From Alphaproteobacteria bacterium (GTDB taxonomy: Bacteria; Pseudomonadota; Alphaproteobacteria; UBA828): 64,000 nucleotides of DNA. A model generated the notes under the pieces. The model did not search any database and was not told where the DNA came from. It saw only the letters and a list, made by a program, of their open reading frames with translations. Where the stretch lies: the NCBI GenBank assembly GCA_965237415.1, contig CBDEFM010000002.1, positions 2,656,001 through 2,720,000 on the forward strand. The letters run 5' to 3'. The position numbers were made by a program, and so were the translations under genes. How positions within the stretch are numbered: position 1 is the stretch's first letter; the number at the start of each line of letters is the position of its first letter. Below are positions 8,584 through 17,185 of the stretch, one piece after another.

Positions 8584-9420
8584 ATGAAAGTCGGCGTGAC
8601 CATCTTCGCCACCGACTATTGCATCGCGCTCACCGAGCTCGCACCGGCGTTGGAGGAGCGGGGGTTCGACGCCCTCTTCGTGCCGGAGCACACCCACATC
8701 CCCACCAGCCGCCGCTCGCCCTGGCGGGGCGGAGCGGAGTTGCCGCCGGAATACTCCCACACGCTCGATCCATTCGTGAGCCTCACCGCGGCAGCGGCGG
8801 TGACCAGCACGCTCCGCCTCGGCACCGGCATCTGTCTCGTCACCGAGCGCGACCCCATCGTCACCGCCAAGGCGGTGGCGAGCCTGGATCTGGTCTCCGG
8901 CGGGCGCTTCGAGTTCGGCATCGGCGCCGGCTGGAACGCCGAGGAGATGGAGCATCACGGCACCCGCTTCGAGACCCGCTTCCGCCTGATGGAAGACCGG
9001 GTCAAGGCCATGCAGGCGATCTGGGCCGCGGACGAGGCCAGCTACGAGGGCGAGTTCACCTCGTTCGAGCCGAGCTGGTCGTGGCCCAAGCCGGTGCAGA
9101 AGCCGCATCCGCCGATCTTGCTGGGGGGTGAGACCGTGCACACGATGCGCCGGGTGATGGATTTCTGCTCAGGCTGGTTCCCGCGCGGCGCGATGCTGCC
9201 CGATCCGGCCGAGGGCATGAACCGGCTGAGCGCCGCTGCCGCCGAGGCGGGCCGCGACCCGGCCACGGTCTCTGCCACGGTCTTCGGCGCGCCGGCCGAG
9301 GCCGGTTATCTGGATGCCTGCCGCGCGGCCGGAATGGATCGCGCGCTGCTGCTGTTGCCGTCCGAGGGGCGCGACGGGGTTATGCCGCTGGTCGACCGCT
9401 ACGCCGCTCTTATCGGATGA
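8584..9420 (+). CDS. Luciferase-like (LLM) oxidoreductase, probable F420-dependent family
   Basis: FVPEHTHIP, LDPFVSL, LRLGTGI, SGGRFEFGIGAGWN, PKPVQKPHPPILLGG. Confidence 0.88.
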   Translation: MKVGVTIFATDYCIALTELAPALEERGFDALFVPEHTHIPTSRRSPWRGGAELPPEYSHTLDPFVSLTAAAAVTSTLRLGTGICLVTERDPIVTAKAVASLDLVSGGRFEFGIGAGWNAEEMEHHGTRFETRFRLMEDRVKAMQAIWAADEASYEGEFTSFEPSWSWPKPVQKPHPPILLGGETVHTMRRVMDFCSGWFPRGAMLPDPAEGMNRLSAAAAEAGRDPATVSATVFGAPAEAGYLDACRAAGMDRALLLLPSEGRDGVMPLVDRYAALIG

Positions 9421-10891
9421 GCGGGCGTCGGCTGAGGTGAGCCGGCGTTAGAGAGCGAAAGGCTTCTCTTGCGGCCTCGGCGCCGAGCGCGCCCCAAAGC
9501 GCGCCGCCGAGTACGGCCCCGAGCGCGCCCCACGGCTTCTGTTCCGCGAGCGGCCGCTCCGCTCCCCGCCGTCCCTTGACGCGCACCTTGAAGGATTCGT
9601 CCGGCGCAGGCAGGGGTATCTGGGTGGTCTTCAGGCTGTAGTCGGTGCGGTCGAGGTCGAGGTCGACCTCGTGCAGGATGGTTGCCATGGTCGCGGCGAT
9701 CTGCACCTCGGCGAAGCCGTTGCCGAGGCAGCGATGGGGGCCGAGGCCAAAGGGCGCGTAGACGTAGGGCTGCTTGTGCTCCGCCCGCTCCGGACCGTAG
9801 CGGTCGACGTCGAAGCGCTCGGGCTCCGGGAAGAATTCGGGCAGGTAGTGGGGCACGGCGGTGGCGATCATCACCCGCTCGCCGGCGGCGATGCGATGGC
9901 CTGCGAATTCGAAGGAGTTGGTGGCGGTGCGGATGAGCAGCGGGGTTACCGGATACATCCGCATGGTTTCCAGCGCTGCGCGGTGCATCGTGTCCATCTC
10001 GCGCAGGCGCTCGCCCCGGGGCCTGGAGCCGGTGAAGAGCGCTTCCGCCTCCTCCCGCACCCGCTCCAGCACGTCCGGGTGCCGCAGCAGTGCGTAGAGC
10101 ATGAAGGCGCAGGTGCCCGCCACGGTGTCCAGCGCCGCGACGAAGGGGCCCATTGCCGCGATCTTCAGGTCCGCTTCGGGAAAAAACTTCGGGTCAGCGT
10201 CGTGCAGGTCAAGCAGGTCGTCGATCAGGTCCGGCTCGGCGCCGTGCCGCTCCCGCATCGTGCCCGAGTGGCACTCGATCACCTCGTGATAGAGCTTGTC
10301 CACCTGCGCCGAGGCGCGGCGGAAGCGCGGCGACCAGCGCAGGTAAGGCCTGGGCACCATGGTGGCCGACAGCAGGCTGTGGACGTAGCAGACCAGGTCG
10401 TCGTTGTAGGGGCGGGGCGAAACGCCGGCCACCAGGGTACCCACCTGGTCGGTGACGATCCGCTGCAGCGCCGGCACCGCCGACATGGGCCGCGTGAGCG
10501 GCCACGCCGCGATCTCCCGGCGGGCGATATCGACGAGGCCGTCAATGTGCTCCACGGCGTACTCGCGGGAATAGCCCCGCCTCAACGTGCGGCGAAATGC
10601 CGCGTGCTCCGGCCCGTCGGCGCTGAGCGTGGAGCGCGCGGCGCCGAACCAGGCGTTGAAGCCGCTCCAGAACTCGAAGGAGCGAAGGTGCTTCGTGCCC
10701 TCCCGCGCGAGGAAGCGGTTGGCCTCCATCCCGGCCAGCACGGTGAAGCGGCGGTTGAGCAGCCGCATGCCGAACACCGGCCCGTGCTCCATGTAGCTGT
10801 CGGTGAGGAAGGCGCGCGTGTCCCGCGCCATGTCGAAGGCGCTGCCGACGACCGGCAGGCCGCGCACCAGCGGAATCGTCGTGATGGCCAT
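9410..10891 (-). CDS. Cytochrome P450
   Basis: ETMR (ExxR), PERF, heme ligand FGLGPHRCLG, I-helix AALDT; overlaps the LLM gene 3' end by 11 bp. Confidence 0.93.
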   Translation of the reverse strand: MAITTIPLVRGLPVVGSAFDMARDTRAFLTDSYMEHGPVFGMRLLNRRFTVLAGMEANRFLAREGTKHLRSFEFWSGFNAWFGAARSTLSADGPEHAAFRRTLRRGYSREYAVEHIDGLVDIARREIAAWPLTRPMSAVPALQRIVTDQVGTLVAGVSPRPYNDDLVCYVHSLLSATMVPRPYLRWSPRFRRASAQVDKLYHEVIECHSGTMRERHGAEPDLIDDLLDLHDADPKFFPEADLKIAAMGPFVAALDTVAGTCAFMLYALLRHPDVLERVREEAEALFTGSRPRGERLREMDTMHRAALETMRMYPVTPLLIRTATNSFEFAGHRIAAGERVMIATAVPHYLPEFFPEPERFDVDRYGPERAEHKQPYVYAPFGLGPHRCLGNGFAEVQIAATMATILHEVDLDLDRTDYSLKTTQIPLPAPDESFKVRVKGRRGAERPLAEQKPWGALGAVLGGALWGALGAEAAREAFRSLTPAHLSRRPLIR

Positions 10892-11268
10892 CTCCCAGCC
10901 CTCTGCGGTTCGGCGCCGGCCCGCCACCGATCGAGGGTGGGCAGCCGCCAGTGCGCCGCCGCTCAGGGAGATAATGGGTCCGAATAGGCCTGAATTCCAG
11001 CTCTTCCTGTATGTCGGAAGGTGTTATTTGGTATGCCGCCGGACAATGGGGTGGACGCCAATGCAATTCCGGCACGTCCGAAGTGCCGGGCGGGCCGAAC
11101 GTTGGGCCGAGACGCGCAGCCCGGGGAAACTGGGGCTCCCAGCGTATGGCAGACGCCGCGCCGCGCCATCGTGTGGCAAATGCAGCCGGTTCGATCGCCC
11201 CGGCCTGACTAGGTGGAAATCGTTCGCGCGTGGTATAGGCGCGCGCCATCTTCAAAGGGGGGAACGCG

Positions 11269-11721
11269 GTGGAATTGAGCACCGAACGGCGTGACGGCGT
11301 GTTGTTGGCGAACGTGAGCGGGCGGATCGATCCGAAAAGCGCCGGGGCGCTCGAGACGGCGATCACCGGTGCGCTCCAGAACGGCGACCGCGCCGTGATC
11401 CTGGATTTCGAGCAACTCGTCTATATCGGCAACAGCGGCATTCGCGCGCTTCGAGTCATCGCCAGGATCCTTCGCGATCGTGATGCAGCCTTGGTCATTT
11501 GCTCGCCGCAGGGTGTCGTCGCCGCGGTCTTCTCGGGGAGCGGTGTGGACACGCTCATCACGGTCGACCCGACCAGGGCCGCCGCCTTTGAGGCCCTCAA
11601 CACCCGACCAGGTGCCGCCCTCTTCTCGGCCGCCCGCTCCGCGACGGATGCCGAGCCCGCCACGATGCGGGGGTGTATGGCACCGGACGACCAGCGCTTC
11701 CTCCATACCACTCGCGCATAG
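11269..11721 (+). CDS. STAS-domain anti-sigma-factor antagonist
   Basis: VSGRID...VILDFEQLVYIGNSGIRAL STAS pattern. Confidence 0.8.
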   Translation: MELSTERRDGVLLANVSGRIDPKSAGALETAITGALQNGDRAVILDFEQLVYIGNSGIRALRVIARILRDRDAALVICSPQGVVAAVFSGSGVDTLITVDPTRAAAFEALNTRPGAALFSAARSATDAEPATMRGCMAPDDQRFLHTTRA

Positions 11722-11854
11722 TTGATCGCCCGCGGGGTTGGCACGGCTAGCAATCGCTCGTATCGTTCGTCCACGCCGAGTACAGGGGCTGGGCGACGAC
11801 ATGCGATCCCCGACAAGGGCTGTGGACTGCGTCCGCTCATCCGGGAGCTAGAGC

Positions 11855-12067
11855 GTGGAAGCCGCGCGTATCGTTATCGAGGTCCTGCAGTACTACGGCT
11901 ATATCGGGCTCGCCGTCGCGGCCGCATTCCTGCTCTTCGGCATCGAGCGGGTGGATGCCGGCGCGCGACGCTCCTACGCCTTCCGCCCGCTCCTGATTCC
12001 GGGCTGTATCGTACTCTGGCCGCTGGTGATCGTCCGCTGGGTCGCGGCGGAACGGCAGCGCGGCTGA
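11855..12067 (+). CDS. Small membrane protein (2 TM)
   Basis: GGAG RBS, GTG start; hydrophobic segments and AFRPLLIPGCIVLWP; first gene of a tight cluster. Confidence 0.7.
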   Translation: MEAARIVIEVLQYYGYIGLAVAAAFLLFGIERVDAGARRSYAFRPLLIPGCIVLWPLVIVRWVAAERQRG

Positions 12068-12080
12068 GCGGTCTCTCGTC

Positions 12081-12260
12081 GTGCAGCGCCGCCACCGCAC
12101 CACCCACGCCTACATCTGGAAGGCGCTCGCCATTTTTCTGCCGGCGATGCTGATCGCGGCGCTTGCCGTTCGCCAGCACGGGCCGACCGAGAAAGCGGCC
12201 GTGCAGATCGAAAAGCCCGCCGCCGAGGTCGAGGCACCTGCCGAGGGAACCGAGCCGTGA
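12081..12260 (+). CDS. Small single-TM protein, 59 aa (not in the ORF track)
   Basis: Manual translation MQRRHRTTHAYIWKALAIFLPAMLIAALAVRQHGPTEKAAVQIEKPAAEVEAPAEGTEP; fills the gap between co-oriented genes. Confidence 0.65.
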   Translation: MQRRHRTTHAYIWKALAIFLPAMLIAALAVRQHGPTEKAAVQIEKPAAEVEAPAEGTEP

Positions 12261-12276
12261 GGCAAGGGGCTGAGCG

Positions 12277-13347
12277 ATGAGCGTGCGCTACGCGCCGGTC
12301 GGCTGGAACCGCAACAAGATCGTCTACGACGTCGTGTTGCTGGCGGCCGTCGTCGCGTACATCTTGCTCTTCATCAAGATCGCGCCGAGCTTCCAGGACG
12401 TCACGCGGCCGACCAGCGGGGCGATCCTCAGGGCGCAGGCTTTCGGCACCTGTGCCTTCCTGATGCTCACGTTCATCCTCTGCATCGGGCCGCTGGCGCG
12501 GCTGGATACGCGCTTTCTGCCGTTGCTCTACAACCGCCGCCACTTCGGTGTGATCACCTGCGCGGTGGCGTTCACCCACGCGAGCAGCGTCGTCAGCATC
12601 TATTTCTCGTTCAGCCCGCTCAACAAGTACGTGGCCGTGCTCGCGAGCAACTCGAGCTACGATCGCTTTCTCGGCTTCCCCTTCGAGACCTTCGGCATCT
12701 TCGCGTTGTTCCTGCTTTTGGTGCTTGCGGCGACGAGTCACGACTTCTGGCTCAAGTTCCTGACGCCGCCGATCTGGAAGGCGATCCACATTTCGGTCTA
12801 TGTCGCCTATGCGTCGATCGTTTGCCACGTGGCGCTCGGCTCGCTGCAGTCGAAGCAGAGCCCGCTCCTCGCCGTCATCGTCGGTTTGAGCGTGGTTGCG
12901 GTCACCGGCCTGCACCTCGTTGCCGGGCGCATCGAACGGCAGAAGGACCGGAATACTGCCGAAAACGCCGAGGAGGCGCCCTGGGTCGTCGCCGGCGATG
13001 TGGAGTCCGTGCCCGACGGGCGCGGCATCGTCGTGCCGCTGGAAGACGGCGAGCGGGTCGCGGTCTTCCGTTACGGCGACAAGCTGTCGGCCCTCGCCAA
13101 TGTCTGCGCCCATCAGAACGGGCCGCTCGGCGAGGGGCGCATCATGGACGGATGCGTGACCTGCCCGTGGCACGGCTTCCAGTACCGGCCAGAGGACGGC
13201 TGCTCGCCGCCGCCCTTTACCGAGAAGGTCGCAACCTATCGGCTCAAGCTCGACGGCAGGCGAATTTTGCTCGATCCCCGGCCGAACGCGCCCGGCACCT
13301 TTGTCGAGCCCGTGCGCGTCGAGCCCGCGAGCGTGACGGAGGCGTAA
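12277..13347 (+). CDS. Ferric-reductase/MsrQ-like heme membrane domain fused to a Rieske [2Fe-2S] domain
   Basis: RRHFG, TM His residues (FTH, WKAIH...CHV); Rieske CAHQNGPLGEG...CPWHG. Confidence 0.88.
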   Translation: MSVRYAPVGWNRNKIVYDVVLLAAVVAYILLFIKIAPSFQDVTRPTSGAILRAQAFGTCAFLMLTFILCIGPLARLDTRFLPLLYNRRHFGVITCAVAFTHASSVVSIYFSFSPLNKYVAVLASNSSYDRFLGFPFETFGIFALFLLLVLAATSHDFWLKFLTPPIWKAIHISVYVAYASIVCHVALGSLQSKQSPLLAVIVGLSVVAVTGLHLVAGRIERQKDRNTAENAEEAPWVVAGDVESVPDGRGIVVPLEDGERVAVFRYGDKLSALANVCAHQNGPLGEGRIMDGCVTCPWHGFQYRPEDGCSPPPFTEKVATYRLKLDGRRILLDPRPNAPGTFVEPVRVEPASVTEA

Positions 13348-13348
13348 A

Positions 13349-14137
13349 ATGGCAGGCCGCGCGCCAGACCCGGGCTTCTTCGTCGGCTACTTGAACACCG
13401 TGCCGCGCCCGCTCGCTATCTTCCTGGTGGTCGCAGCCGCTCTGCTCGTGGGCGGCATGGCCGGATTGGCCTTCGCGCTCGGCACCAACGTGAACGATCC
13501 CGGCGACGGTGCGTTCGCCCGCAAGCTCGGAAAGCAGGCGATGAGCGGCGTGCTGCTCGAGAATCCCTATCCGATCCTGCGGGTGCGCCCGGACGCGAAC
13601 AATCCCGAGCCCCGCACGATCATGCTCACCGTGCCCGGCAAGCGCAGCGTCAAGCGCCGCGGTCGCAAGCTCTTCGATCAAGTGGTCGATGTCAGCGGCT
13701 TCCTCTTCCAGCGCGGCGACATCGACATGCTGCAGGTCCAGGGCAAGAACTCGTTGATAGCGGCGGAGGCGGGCGAAGGCGAGCCGCCGCCCACCTTCAC
13801 CCCGGCGCCGGCTGAATCCCTCGGCCGCTGGCGCCTCATCGGCGAGATCTGCGACAGCAAGTGCCATCTGGGCGCCATGCGCCCGGGCGACGGGCTCGCG
13901 CACAAGGCCTGCGCCAATCTCTGCATTTCTTCTGGCGCCCCGCCGATCTTCGTCACGGAGGAGGAAGGTGCGGTCGAGGGCGAGACGTTTCTGTTGATGG
14001 CCGATCAGGATGGCGGGCCGCTCCCCGACGACTTCGGCGACTATGTCGCGGTCCTCGTCGAGCTCGAAGGCGAGGTCGAGCGCCTCGACGATCTCCTCGT
14101 CTTCAAGGTCGATATCGACAAGGCCGAGGTGCTCTGA
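13349..14137 (+). CDS. Membrane-anchored Cys-rich hypothetical protein
   Basis: N-terminal TM helix; GEICDSKCHLGAM...HKACANLCISSG motif; 1 bp from the upstream stop. Confidence 0.8.
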   Translation: MAGRAPDPGFFVGYLNTVPRPLAIFLVVAAALLVGGMAGLAFALGTNVNDPGDGAFARKLGKQAMSGVLLENPYPILRVRPDANNPEPRTIMLTVPGKRSVKRRGRKLFDQVVDVSGFLFQRGDIDMLQVQGKNSLIAAEAGEGEPPPTFTPAPAESLGRWRLIGEICDSKCHLGAMRPGDGLAHKACANLCISSGAPPIFVTEEEGAVEGETFLLMADQDGGPLPDDFGDYVAVLVELEGEVERLDDLLVFKVDIDKAEVL

Positions 14138-14140
14138 GCG

Positions 14141-14392
14141 ATGCGCAACGCCGCCTGGATCGTCGCCGGCATGATCGCGACCGCGGGCCTCGGCTACGCG
14201 TCCTACTGGGTCTATCTGGAGGTACAGCAGCAGATTCGCGGCACGCTGATCTCCGGTTTCGGCATCTTCGCAGGCGTCATGGGCGCCTTCGCCCTGCTCG
14301 GCGTGGCCCACGTGGTCTCCACTCAAGCCGAGCGTCTGCTATGCAGGCGCAAGACGCCCTCGGCCGAAGACAAGACGCCAGGGGGCGCGTGA
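14141..14392 (+). CDS. Small 2-TM membrane protein
   Basis: Two hydrophobic segments; 3 bp downstream of the previous gene. Confidence 0.6.
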   Translation: MRNAAWIVAGMIATAGLGYASYWVYLEVQQQIRGTLISGFGIFAGVMGAFALLGVAHVVSTQAERLLCRRKTPSAEDKTPGGA

Positions 14393-14444
14393 CGTTCGAT
14401 AAGGCGCCGCGCATGCCCAGCGCGGCGGCAGAAGGCACAAGTCG

Positions 14445-16055
14445 ATGAACAAGATCGCAATCAAGACGCTTGACGAATTGGGTGACCGAGAGCCGGCCTA
14501 CGCGCTAGTCGGCGACGTCGATCTCTGCGTCGTGCGCTACGACGACAACGTGTCGGTCTTCTACGGCCGCTGCCTGCACCGGGGCGCGCTCATGGCCGAC
14601 GGCCATGTCGACGGCGAGAACCTGATCTGCGGCGTCCACTACTGGGACTACCGCCTCGATACCGGCGTCAGCGAATACAATAACGAAGAAGTCCTGCCCA
14701 AGTTCACCTCGTGGACTGAGGACGGCCAGGTTTTGGTCGACGCGGACGAGATCGGCGCTTGGGGGCAGGACCACCCGCAGCCCTTCCAGCGGGACGAGTA
14801 TCTCGGCCTCTACGCCGACACGCACCCCGCGCCCGAGGAGCCCCATGTGGGGCTCATCCAGGGCTATGCCAGGGACGGGCTCAGCAAGACCGGCCACCAC
14901 GGAGTCGTCGTGGCCATGGGCGTGCCACGCCAGGATCTGCCGAGCTGGGACGACATCCAGTTCATCACGGCGCAACTTCACCGCATGCCGCACTTGGATG
15001 ACGAGGCCGTCGGCACCGAGGTGGTGATCGGGCCGAACGCCCAAAAACCGCTCACCCTCGACATTCCGCTCCTGGTCTCGGACATGAGCTTCGGCGCGCT
15101 CTCGGAGCCTGCAAAGGTCTCGCTCGCGCGGGGCGCGGAGCTCTCCGGCACCGGCATCTGCTCGGGCGAGGGCGGCATGCTGCCGGAGGAGCAGCAGGCC
15201 TGCAGCCGCTATTTCTACGAGCTCGCCTCCGGCCGGTTCGGCTTCTCCTGGGACAAGCTCGAGCACGTGCAGGCCTTCCACTTCAAGGGCGGCCAGGGCG
15301 CCAAGACCGGCACCGGCGGGCATCTGCCGGGCGACAAGGTAAGGGGCAAGATCGCAGAGGTGCGGGGGCTTCCGGAAGGCTCGCCCGCAGTCTCGCCACC
15401 GCGCTTCCCGGACTGGACGGACTGGCGCCAGGTGAGAGATTTCGCCGACGAGGTACGCAGCCAGACCGGCGGCATCCCCATCGGCTACAAGCTCTCGGCC
15501 CAGCATATCGAGAAGGATATCGACGCCGCGCTCGAGGTGGGGGTCGACTACATCATCCTGGATGGGCGCGGCGGCGGCACAGGTGCTGCGCCGCTCATCT
15601 TCCGCGACAACATCTCGGTGCCGACTATTCCGGCGCTGGCGCGCGCCAGGCGCCATCTCGGCGCGTCGGAGCGCCAGGACGTGACGCTGGTGATCACTGG
15701 CGGCTTGCGCAAGCCCGCCGATTTCGCCAAGGCGCTGGCGCTGGGTGCGGATGCGGTCGCGGTCTCCAACGCCGCGATCCAGGCGATCGGCTGCCTCGGC
15801 ATGCGCGCCTGTCACACCAACAACTGCCCGGTCGGCATCGCGACCCAGAAACCCCATCTCACCGCCCGGATCGAGGTCGAGAAGTCTGCACGGCGTCTCG
15901 CCAACTTCTTCGAGGCAAGCGTAGAGTTGATGAAGATCATGGCGCGCGCCTGCGGGCACGCGCACTTGAACGAGCTCGCGCTCGACGACCTCGTGACCTG
16001 GAAGGAGGATGTGTCGCGGCTTGCGGGCGTCGCCTACGGCGGGGTCGGCGGCTAA
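14445..16055 (+). CDS. Rieske domain fused to an FMN-binding glutamate-synthase-like domain
   Basis: Rieske CLH...CGVH; MSFGALS, SGEGG, QGAKTGTGGHLPG, DGRGGGTGA, [3Fe-4S] CLGMRACHTNNCP; no glutamine amidotransferase domain. Confidence 0.9.
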   Translation: MNKIAIKTLDELGDREPAYALVGDVDLCVVRYDDNVSVFYGRCLHRGALMADGHVDGENLICGVHYWDYRLDTGVSEYNNEEVLPKFTSWTEDGQVLVDADEIGAWGQDHPQPFQRDEYLGLYADTHPAPEEPHVGLIQGYARDGLSKTGHHGVVVAMGVPRQDLPSWDDIQFITAQLHRMPHLDDEAVGTEVVIGPNAQKPLTLDIPLLVSDMSFGALSEPAKVSLARGAELSGTGICSGEGGMLPEEQQACSRYFYELASGRFGFSWDKLEHVQAFHFKGGQGAKTGTGGHLPGDKVRGKIAEVRGLPEGSPAVSPPRFPDWTDWRQVRDFADEVRSQTGGIPIGYKLSAQHIEKDIDAALEVGVDYIILDGRGGGTGAAPLIFRDNISVPTIPALARARRHLGASERQDVTLVITGGLRKPADFAKALALGADAVAVSNAAIQAIGCLGMRACHTNNCPVGIATQKPHLTARIEVEKSARRLANFFEASVELMKIMARACGHAHLNELALDDLVTWKEDVSRLAGVAYGGVGG

Positions 16056-16061
16056 CGAGCG

Positions 16062-17120
16062 CTAGAGGTTCTTCGCGAACTCTCTATTCGCGGCCGGTAT
16101 CTCGGGGACCGTGCCTATGTAGGCGTGGCGGGACATGTCGGGCGAGTACTTGCTCGCCGACGGACGGCGGCCGAGCGCCTCCGCCATGCTGCGGATGTGA
16201 TGGGGTGCCGCGCCGCAACAGACCCCGAGATAGTTGACGCCGAGCGCCTGTGCCTGCCTTGTGAATTCCGAGATCTCGTAGCGGTTGCAGGCGAGGTTGT
16301 CGAGCGCGGTGGGGAAGGCGCGTCCCTCCGGCAGGCAGGCGCAATCCGGGTCGCTGAGCGACATGAAGGTCGGCTCGTCGGCGCGGGTGCGGTAGGCCAC
16401 CGGCAGCGCCGAGACGTGGCAGCTCACCGCCTCGCGGATGGCCCCCAACAGCGGCAGCATGGTCGCCGGGCCGCGCGCGCAGTTGAGCCCGACGACATCG
16501 GCGCCCGCGTCTTCCAGGCGCTTGCAGGCATCGGCCGGGGTCAGGCCCTCGCGGGTGTGCGGGTCGCGGAAGATGGCGAGGTTGATCACCGCGGGCAGGC
16601 CTGCCGCCTTGATCGCTGCGAGCGCGAGCAGGGCCTCGCTCACGTAGCCGATGGTCTCGGCGACGATGAAGTCCACGCCCTCGTCCACGGCCCAACCCAC
16701 CTGCTCGTCGAACATGGCACGCACCGTCCGCGCGGACTCAGGATCGCCGTCCACGAAAATGTTGGAGTTGCACACATTGCCGGCGACCAGCGCGCCGCCC
16801 TCTTGCGCCACCACCCGCGCGAGGCGGATCGCGGTGCGGTTCATTCTTTCGAGCCCATCTTCCTTGCCGATCAGCCTGAGCTTCTCCCGATGGGCGTAGT
16901 AGGTGAAGGCGAGCATGACGTCGGAGCCAGCGCGCAGGAAGTCCCGGTGCAGCCGTATCACCGCATCGGGGTGTTCGAGCACCGCCTCGGGCACGTAGGG
17001 GCCGGCGGTGACATAGCCCGCGCGCTCGAGCTCGAACAAATAGCCCTCGGCGCAAATGACCGGTCCCGCTTCGAGCCGTTCAAGAAGGCCCGGCGCTGCC
17101 GCCGCAACAGGGTCAGTCAT
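16062..17120 (-). CDS. Homocysteine S-methyltransferase (BHMT-like), paralog 2
   Basis: ICAEGYLFELERAGY, AFTYY, zinc ligands GLNC and GVCCG; true ATG at 17120 after GGAG. Confidence 0.9.
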   Translation of the reverse strand: MTDPVAAAAPGLLERLEAGPVICAEGYLFELERAGYVTAGPYVPEAVLEHPDAVIRLHRDFLRAGSDVMLAFTYYAHREKLRLIGKEDGLERMNRTAIRLARVVAQEGGALVAGNVCNSNIFVDGDPESARTVRAMFDEQVGWAVDEGVDFIVAETIGYVSEALLALAAIKAAGLPAVINLAIFRDPHTREGLTPADACKRLEDAGADVVGLNCARGPATMLPLLGAIREAVSCHVSALPVAYRTRADEPTFMSLSDPDCACLPEGRAFPTALDNLACNRYEISEFTRQAQALGVNYLGVCCGAAPHHIRSMAEALGRRPSASKYSPDMSRHAYIGTVPEIPAANREFAKNL

Positions 17121-17185
17121 GCAAGCATTCTCCTTAGTTCGCGCTGGCGGTGCGGCTGAGCGTCTCCCCTGAGCCCCGATCAGCG

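Noticed and set aside
11120-11220. Resemblance to a c-di-GMP-I riboswitch (GGCAAA, GAAAC, ccggcct)
   Set aside because: The elements are not in the right order or pairing by eye; it needs an Infernal scan.
11739-11756. Sigma-54-like TTGGCACGGCTAGCA upstream of the heme-Rieske module
   Set aside because: GG-to-GC spacing is 8 nt rather than the required 10.
14445-16055. Calling this gene gltB
   Set aside because: It lacks the amidotransferase and GXGXG domains and is about a third of GltB length.
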